This document shows positions 58,402 through 64,000 of a stretch of DNA of 64,000 nt, in pieces. The stretch's first letter is position 1; each line of letters begins with the position of its first letter. A program made the translations under genes and the position numbers. Source of the stretch: Oscillospiraceae bacterium (GTDB lineage Bacteria; Bacillota; Clostridia; Oscillospirales; CAG-272); assembly GCA_015064085.1 (NCBI GenBank), contig SVSX01000001.1, positions 14,172 to 78,171 of the forward strand. The letters run 5' to 3'. The notes beneath the pieces are model-generated. The model was not told the origin of the DNA and did not search any database. It saw only the letters and a program-made list of their open reading frames with translations.

Positions 58402-58463
58402 TTTCTTGTTCCTTTCGTATATTATTATTTTATTTTTCAAAATTACCGTGAAATCGTCAAAAA

Positions 58464-58478
58464 ATTATCAATGATAAT
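58464..58478. promoter_or_regulatory. perfect 7-1-7 inverted repeat ATTATCA-A-TGATAAT in the leader of the dehydrogenase operon (candidate operator)
   Basis: Read directly from the sequence. It lies roughly 20-30 nt downstream of the predicted -10 element. Confidence 0.4.
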
Positions 58479-58502
58479 CAACACTCTATTTCACCACATA
58501 TT

Positions 58503-58531
58503 ATTTTAACACCATTTAGCGTTATTGTCAA
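58503..58531 (-). promoter_or_regulatory. sigma-A type promoter (TTGACA-17-TGtTAAAAT on the minus strand)
   Basis: The reverse complement reads TTGACAATAACGCTAAATGGTGTTAAAAT, about 100 nt upstream of the E2 start. Confidence 0.6.
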
Positions 58532-58571
58532 CAGTTTACGCCACAAATTTTAGATTTTACCTCACTTTTTT

Positions 58572-58604
58572 AAAAAAACAAGGCATCGGAAAACCGATGC
58601 CTTG
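58572..58604 (-). terminator. rho-independent terminator after putP
   Basis: CAAGGCATCGG-AAAA-CCGATGCCTTG, with a T7 run on the minus strand. Confidence 0.8.
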
Positions 58605-58632
58605 AAATGTGTTTTAAATACTTTAACATTCA

Positions 58633-60162
58633 TTATGACTTTTTGGTAGCTTCGTCAAAATCCGCAACTATCTCTTCGGAAGGAGCTTTGGTAAGGAGTG
58701 ATACAACAAGGATCACAACGGAGGAAATAATGAACGCGGGAAGTAGCTCGTAGATAGCAAAGATTCCGCCGAGCTTACTGAGGACCAGCTTCCAGAAGAA
58801 TACCATTACGCCGCCGCTGACCATTCCCGCGACAGCACCCGCAAAGGTCGTTCTCTTCCAGAAGAGCGAGAAGAGCATGAGCGGACCGAAGGTCGCGCCA
58901 AAGCCTGCCCAAGCAAAGGAGGTGATACCGAAGATCGTGCTATTGGAATCCCACGCGATTATCATTGCGATTATGGTGATTGCCGCCATTGCGATACGGG
59001 AGACGAGCATTACGTTCTTATCACTTGCCTTCTTGTTGAATATACCGTGGTAGATATTCTCCGCGAGAGCCGAGGTGGATATAAGCAGATAGGAGTCAGA
59101 GGAGCTGATAGATGCCGCGAGAATTCCCGCGCAGCAAAGACCTGCGAGGATAGGAGGCAGGAATGTAGTTGCGGTATCGATAAAGATGTTTTCTGCCTCG
59201 CTGTTGGAAAGGTAGGAGATGCCGTCAACGCTTCTGCCTACGATACCTATGAACACAGCCGCACCCATTGCGATGAAGAGCCATATACAAGCGACTCTGC
59301 GTGAGCGCTTAAGCTCCTTGCCGTCTCTGATGCCCATAAAGCGGAGGAGTACCTGAGGCATACCGAAGTAGCCGAGACCCCATGCGAGAGCCGAGCAGAT
59401 CGAAAGGAAGCTCATCTTTCTTCCCGCGCCGAAGGTGTTTGCGACCTCTTCAGAGGGAGATGCCATTGAGAAGAGCGACAGGAATCCGTCATAGCTCTTG
59501 GCATTTTCGATAACAGCGCCGATTCCGCCCGCGTTGAATATCGAGAGACCGAGTATCAGCACAAGTGCGGTTACCATAACTATCGCCTGCATAAAGTCCG
59601 AAGCGCTCTCGGCGAGGAAACCGCCAAGGAAGGTATAAAGAAGAACGAATACCGCCGCCACAAGCATCATAAGGTGATAGTCAAGACCGAACAGGTTGAC
59701 GAAAAGCTTTCCGCAAGCCGCGAGGCACTGTCCCGCGTAAACGGTAAAGAATATCACGATAAAGAGAGACGCGATAATAAGAATTATGTTGTGCTTCTCT
59801 CTGAAGCGCTTTGAGAAAAATCCCGGTATCGTGATAGCATCCACCTTAACGCTGTAGCTGTGGAGACGCTTGGAGACGATCAACCAGTTAAAATAAGTAC
59901 CGATGAAGAGACCGATCGCAGTCCATCCCGCATCGGCAAGACCCGTCCAGTAAGCGAGTCCCGGAAGACCCATAAGCAGCCAACCCGACATATCGGAAGC
60001 CTCGGCGCTGAATGCAGCCACCCAAGGTCCGAGCGAACGTCCGCCGAGAAAATACGCTTCCGCGTTCTTATTCGCTCTCTTTGAAAAATACACACCGATC
60101 ACCACGACCGCTGCCATATAAACGATCATCGCGATCAAGTGCTGAACACTTGTAATTGACAT
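58633..60162 (-). CDS. putP: sodium/proline symporter
   Basis: 509 aa. YFLGGRSLGPWVAAFSAEASDMSGWLLMGLPG is the typical PutP N-terminal signature. Confidence 0.85.
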   Translation of the reverse strand: MSITSVQHLIAMIVYMAAVVVIGVYFSKRANKNAEAYFLGGRSLGPWVAAFSAEASDMSGWLLMGLPGLAYWTGLADAGWTAIGLFIGTYFNWLIVSKRLHSYSVKVDAITIPGFFSKRFREKHNIILIIASLFIVIFFTVYAGQCLAACGKLFVNLFGLDYHLMMLVAAVFVLLYTFLGGFLAESASDFMQAIVMVTALVLILGLSIFNAGGIGAVIENAKSYDGFLSLFSMASPSEEVANTFGAGRKMSFLSICSALAWGLGYFGMPQVLLRFMGIRDGKELKRSRRVACIWLFIAMGAAVFIGIVGRSVDGISYLSNSEAENIFIDTATTFLPPILAGLCCAGILAASISSSDSYLLISTSALAENIYHGIFNKKASDKNVMLVSRIAMAAITIIAMIIAWDSNSTIFGITSFAWAGFGATFGPLMLFSLFWKRTTFAGAVAGMVSGGVMVFFWKLVLSKLGGIFAIYELLPAFIISSVVILVVSLLTKAPSEEIVADFDEATKKS

Positions 60163-60265
60163 TTTTCTACCTCTTTCCTGAAATTAACAAATAAGTGTAA
60201 TATAAAATATATTTTAACATTTTTCGAAGGAGTTGTCAATATTTATTTACAAAATAACCAAATTT

Positions 60266-61672
60266 TTATTCAACATCCCGCTCGGTACGCGACACGAGCT
60301 GCTTAGCCCAGCTTCCTTTCCGCATAAGCGCATATCCGAAGAAGGCTTTTATTATTTCTGTGGATTGACAAACAGCGAAAAGAATTCTTATATCCATTCT
60401 TGTGAAATAAGAAAGTGACGCGGTTATCGGTATAACGACAAGCCACATATACACACTGTCAAACAGCAGAGTTATGATAACCTTTCCGCCCGAACGCATA
60501 GTATAATACGCGGAAAAGGCATAAGCGCAGAACGGCATAGTCACACCCGAGACCACCATCATAAAGGCAGCCAGATGTCTGACCCCCTCGGTAGTATTAT
60601 ATATCTGCGGAAAAAGGAGTGCCGTTCCCGAGAGAAGTATTCCGAGACCAACAGAACACACAATGCAAAAGCCCATCATTTTTTTCGAGGTTGCTTTCGC
60701 CTCGGATATCTTCCCCGCCCCGAGCTCGTTTCCGACGATTATTGCAATAGACGAGCCTATTGCCATATAAATGACATTAAAAAGATTCAGTATCGTGCTG
60801 TTTATGTTCTGTGCCGCAACGGCATCAAGTCCTCTTGTTGAATAGCATTGATTTCTCATTGTAACGGCAAGTGACCAGAAGAACTCGTTTGCCATAAGGG
60901 GGAGTCCCTTGGAGATTATCTTCAGCAAAAGCTCCTTCGGTATGCGCAAAGAATGGTACGCGCCCTCGAGAAACCTGCATTTTTCCTTATTTCTGTGTCC
61001 CCAAAGCAGAAGCACAAGAAGCTCGGCAAATCTTGAGATCACGGTCGCCAGTGCCGCACCCGACACACCCATTGCGGGAAGACCGAGCAGACCGAAGATA
61101 AGAACGAGGTTAAGTAAAAAATTCACGCATACGGCAACGACGCTCGCGTACATAGGCAAAAGTGTATGTCCCGTTTCCCTCATCGTCGAGGCATAGCACT
61201 GAGACAGAGCGTACGGAAGAAGCCCCACAAGCATTATCGCAAGGTATGTTTTTCCCTCATTCAGCGTAAACGAGAGATCACCTCCCGTACCTCCCGAATG
61301 GAGGAAAAGCGAGATAAGCCCGTCGTCAAAAGCTATAAAGACTCCGATCGCCGCAAGTGTTGCAATAAGTGTTATTATCAGCTTTATTCTGAAGGTACTT
61401 CTGACACCCTCGGTATCTCCGAGTCCGTGATACTGTGAGGTAAATATTCCCGCGGCTGACACCGCGCCGAATATAAGAAGATTGAATATAAAAATGAATT
61501 GGTTGACGATAGCGACACCCGACATTGACTCTGTGCCTATCCGTCCGACCATTATATTGTCAAGAAGGCTGACGAAGTTGGTTATACCGTTCTGCACCAT
61601 TATCGGCACAGCCACAGCCAATACACGTTTGTAAAATGCCTTATCTCCTATATAAGCTCTTACTATTGACAT
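60266..61672 (-). CDS. MATE family efflux transporter
   Basis: 12 TM segments with VPIMVQNGITNFVSLLDNIMVGR. The ATG at 61672 is preceded by AGGAG. Confidence 0.85.
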   Translation of the reverse strand: MSIVRAYIGDKAFYKRVLAVAVPIMVQNGITNFVSLLDNIMVGRIGTESMSGVAIVNQFIFIFNLLIFGAVSAAGIFTSQYHGLGDTEGVRSTFRIKLIITLIATLAAIGVFIAFDDGLISLFLHSGGTGGDLSFTLNEGKTYLAIMLVGLLPYALSQCYASTMRETGHTLLPMYASVVAVCVNFLLNLVLIFGLLGLPAMGVSGAALATVISRFAELLVLLLWGHRNKEKCRFLEGAYHSLRIPKELLLKIISKGLPLMANEFFWSLAVTMRNQCYSTRGLDAVAAQNINSTILNLFNVIYMAIGSSIAIIVGNELGAGKISEAKATSKKMMGFCIVCSVGLGILLSGTALLFPQIYNTTEGVRHLAAFMMVVSGVTMPFCAYAFSAYYTMRSGGKVIITLLFDSVYMWLVVIPITASLSYFTRMDIRILFAVCQSTEIIKAFFGYALMRKGSWAKQLVSRTERDVE

Positions 61673-61747
61673 TGTTTTCTCCTGTTTGTTCAAAATACAA
61701 CAGAGGAGATTATAACACATCCCCTCTGAAAAGTCAACTATGCTTAT

Positions 61748-62170
61748 TTATTTTTCGGGCTCAATACCGTCACAATAATCAATCTCGACGGTTCTGTCTA
61801 TCCTTATCCTTTTACCATCTTTGAATATAAGAATCCCCTCAAGCTCGTCAATTCGCTTCAGTTCTCCGCAAAAGGACTCGTATCTTCCGCCCTTCTTTCT
61901 TTCGTCGGGAACAAAATAGGTCACCGAGATCCCGCTTCTTTCTTCAAGTCCCGCATTTATCTCAAGGAGCTTTCGGTTAAGCCTCTCGATCTCAGACTCG
62001 TCAAGCTCTATTCTCTCCCCCGTGAGCCTTGCGGTCTCCTCCACCGCCTCATCATATCCGTTAAGCGCCGCGAATGGTGAAAACTGTGCCGCTCTGTCAT
62101 ACCTAGACATTGGCTGTCTTTTTACAGAGATATGGCGCGGGAGGTCGATTATATCATCATATTTTCCCAT
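61748..62170 (-). CDS. YolD-like protein (partner of Y-family polymerases)
   Basis: 140 aa with RAAQFSPFAALNGYDE. Its ATG overlaps the polymerase stop. Confidence 0.7.
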   Translation of the reverse strand: MGKYDDIIDLPRHISVKRQPMSRYDRAAQFSPFAALNGYDEAVEETARLTGERIELDESEIERLNRKLLEINAGLEERSGISVTYFVPDERKKGGRYESFCGELKRIDELEGILIFKDGKRIRIDRTVEIDYCDGIEPEK

Positions 62171-63582
62171 TATGCCTTATGACCTCCGATCTGCGCGTTT
62201 CTTTCTATTGTGGTAGCTCCCTCTTCAAGATTCATTCCCTTGACGATAGCGTTTTTTCCATGCTTTTTCTTTATCGATATAACAGCCTCCTGCATTTTAC
62301 GCTCCTTGGCGAGGCTTTCATTTCTCTTTTCCTCCTCGAGGCGAAGCGCCTCATAGTCGGTGAAAAAGTCAAGCTGAGTGGACTCGGCTTTTGCCGTGAC
62401 CGACTTTTCATCGATCACGTTGTTTACAGAGAGGGTGATCCTTCTGACAAGCAGCCGCTTGTCGGTTATTCGGTCAAACAGCTTCATAACGGCATCCATT
62501 ATCTCCCTTGCGGACGAGGTATGGTGACCTATCCCCTCTGTTCCGTGACCGTCCTTCGGCACTGCTCTGTTATATCTGTCTATCTTTCTCTCACCCGTAT
62601 AGCTGTCCCCCTTAAGATTGTCGATATCATATCCAACGGTCAGCACCACCTTGTCGCAGACAAGCCTTTTTTCCACCAGCTCAAGGGCGACGAGCTCGGT
62701 CATCTCTCTGACTATCAGCCTCGCCTTTTCGTTGCTGTACGGGCATTTCAGCACCTGCCCCGAGGAAATACTGTTAGTTGAGGGCTTATAGCTCTTTATA
62801 TCGGCTATAGTACAGCTTTCATATCCCCAAGCGTGATCGATCAGCAGCTCGGCATTGATGCCGAACCAATCGTATAATATATCCTCGTGGGATATCGAGC
62901 ATCTCGCCACATCTCCCATAGTGAAGAGTCCGTGAGCCTCAAGCTTCTTTGCGTATCCCCTTCCCACGCGCCAGAAATCGGTGAGAGGACGGTGATCCCA
63001 AAGGCTCTCTCGGTATTTCCTTTCATCAAGCTCGGCAATGCGCACTCCGTATTCATCGGCAGCCGTCCGCTTAGCCTCGATATCGAGTGCCACCTTGGAA
63101 AGATACATATTTGTTCCGATCCCCGCGGTCGCGGTTATTCCCGTGGAGCTTAAGATATCGAGAATTATCCTTCTTGTGAGCTTGTAAGCATCGGTCTTAT
63201 AAAAGCTGAGATAATCGGTAAGGTCGATAAAGACCTCGTCCACCGAGTAAACGTGTATATCCTCGGGGGCGACGTATTTGAGATAAAGGTTGTATATATT
63301 TGTGCTGTACTCCATATACTTAGCCATTCGCGGCGGAGCGACGATATATTCGAGCTTCTTAGTGCCGTCGCGCCTGAGCTCGTCCGCGTCATATGATCCA
63401 CCCGAAAAGCTCTTTATACCCGCTTCCTGCCTTCTCGATATATTTACCTCTCGAACACGCTCCACCACCTCAAAAAGCCTTGCTCTTCCCGAGACACCGT
63501 ATGCCTTGAGCGACGGTGTTACCGCAAGACAGATGGTTTTTTCGGTTCTCGAGCTGTCGGCAACCACGAGATTTGTCTTCAT
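62170..63582 (-). CDS. Y-family DNA polymerase (UmuC/ImpB/DinB-like); 5' end frame-disrupted or mis-started
   Basis: SVDEVFIDLT is the catalytic motif, with little-finger region homology. The conserved N-terminal IDLKSFYASVECVERGLDP is encoded in frame upstream of the annotated ATG but has no usable start codon. Confidence 0.75.
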   Translation of the reverse strand: MKTNLVVADSSRTEKTICLAVTPSLKAYGVSGRARLFEVVERVREVNISRRQEAGIKSFSGGSYDADELRRDGTKKLEYIVAPPRMAKYMEYSTNIYNLYLKYVAPEDIHVYSVDEVFIDLTDYLSFYKTDAYKLTRRIILDILSSTGITATAGIGTNMYLSKVALDIEAKRTAADEYGVRIAELDERKYRESLWDHRPLTDFWRVGRGYAKKLEAHGLFTMGDVARCSISHEDILYDWFGINAELLIDHAWGYESCTIADIKSYKPSTNSISSGQVLKCPYSNEKARLIVREMTELVALELVEKRLVCDKVVLTVGYDIDNLKGDSYTGERKIDRYNRAVPKDGHGTEGIGHHTSSAREIMDAVMKLFDRITDKRLLVRRITLSVNNVIDEKSVTAKAESTQLDFFTDYEALRLEEEKRNESLAKERKMQEAVISIKKKHGKNAIVKGMNLEEGATTIERNAQIGGHKA

Positions 63583-63700
63583 AGGGTCGAGCCCACGTTC
63601 AACACACTCGACAGACGCGTAAAAGGATTTCAGATCGATCGCCGCATATATTTTGCTTTTCGTAAGCTCACCCCCATTAAAGATTTACTGAAACTCAGTT

Positions 63701-63734
63701 GGGGCTGTCTCAAATGTGAGTTTGAGACAGCCCC
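63701..63734 (+). repeat. GCTGTCNCAAAT-family hairpin
   Basis: GGGGCTGTCTCAAATGTGAGTTTGAGACAGCCCC followed by TTTTAG. It is oriented as a plus-strand terminator although no plus-strand gene precedes it. Confidence 0.7.
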
Positions 63735-63860
63735 TTTTAGGGGATAGTCAGATTTGAGCAAGAAGCGTCGTTCTTCGGGGCGTGAGGCGTACAAAGGTAC
63801 GTCGAGCCCCGAAAATGGCGGTAGAAAAAGTCCATAAAATTTGAGAATTTCGAAGAAATT

Positions 63861-63954
63861 CAACCTATTAGTGTCTCATTTGCGTTTTTATGCGCAAACG
63901 GGATCTTTTTATTTATTTTCGGACTTTTTCGGTCTTGCCAAATGTGACAGCCCC
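63861..63954 (-). repeat. ~88-nt structured intergenic repeat, copy B (inverted relative to 11862-11950)
   Basis: The reverse complement reads GGGGCTGTCACATTTGGCAAGACCGAAAAAGTCCGAAAATAAATAAAAAGATCCCGTTTGCGCATAAAAACGCAAATGAGACA. Confidence 0.8.
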
Positions 63955-64000
63955 ATTCTTATCAAACAACAAATGTCATCTTTCCAAAGCAGGAAGGACG

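Noticed and set aside
58447-58466. A possible Rex operator (CGTGAAATCGTCAAAAA compared with TTGTGAA-N4-TTCACAA) upstream of the dehydrogenase operon.
   Set aside because: Only one half-site is convincing. The second half matches about 4 of 7 positions.
55732-58509. A 925-aa plus-strand ORF, the longest ORF in the window.
   Set aside because: - It is antisense to, and spans, two strongly supported genes (E3 and E2) and the spacer between them.
- The translation is low-complexity (Cys/Ser/Leu/Arg-rich) with no recognisable motif.
- It is explained by the sense genes avoiding TTA, CTA and TCA codons.
63772-63783. A possible LexA/SOS box, GAAGCGTCGTTC (GAAC-N4-GTTC with one mismatch), upstream of the Y-family polymerase.
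   Set aside because: It has a mismatch in a core position, lies 100-190 nt from any plausible start, and is embedded in a larger palindromic region. The evidence is insufficient on its own.
63630-63863. A 77-aa minus-strand ORF upstream of the polymerase.
   Set aside because: It reads straight through the 63701 hairpin and other palindromes. Only its last ~16 codons matter, as the out-of-frame candidate start of the polymerase.
1-64000. A search for rRNA, tRNA, CRISPR arrays, transposases, integrases and prophage genes.
   Set aside because: None was recognised on either strand by eye. A proper tRNAscan, Infernal or IS search could still find small elements that I missed.

Overview
This looks like a chromosomal segment from a spore-forming Firmicute. 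The gene content is class Clostridia, possibly Oscillospiraceae/Ruminococcaceae-like, but the taxon cannot be proven from this window. I support about 60 protein-coding genes and saw no rRNA, tRNA or CRISPR array. From left to right the content is:
- metG (5' part), a DUF975-like membrane protein, nagA and rubredoxin
- a spoVB-like flippase and a stand-alone EF-G paralog
- the spoIIAA-spoIIAB-sigF operon
- an AT-rich islet encoding a lipoprotein and small membrane proteins
- a DtxR/MntR-type regulator
- a long minus-strand cluster: three tandem MBL-fold paralogs, then metY, metA and an FAD oxidoreductase
- an M20 peptidase bracketed by a ~200-bp duplication of the spoVT promoter and 5' end, followed by intact spoVT
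- feoAB, an orphan EIIC-like protein and a mini M50 protease
- potA, potB and a potC-potD fusion, then an EamA transporter
- ylxM-ffh-rpsP-KH, glpK, mgtE, a nitroreductase and bcp
- an 861-aa EF-G/TetM-like GTPase fused to a YacP/Rae1-type NYN RNase
- an aldo/keto reductase
- an arylpyruvate cluster: symporter, paaK, iorA, iorB, paaK, ACT protein, amidohydrolase, aminotransferase
- yhcH, then lplA with a 2-oxoacid dehydrogenase operon that has a fused E1 alpha-beta
- putP, a MATE transporter, yolD and a Y-family polymerase.

The most interesting items are:
1. The GTPase-NYN fusion at 38970-41555.
2. The Campbell-type duplication around spoVT, which leaves an expressed-looking 54-aa AbrB-fold fragment.
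3. The tandem MBL triplet.
4. A family of sequence-conserved GCTGTCNCAAAT hairpins, plus an ~88-nt repeat present twice in inverted orientation.
5. A frame-disrupted 5' end of the Y-family polymerase.

All calls rest on reading the translations, motifs and sequence by eye. No database search was run.
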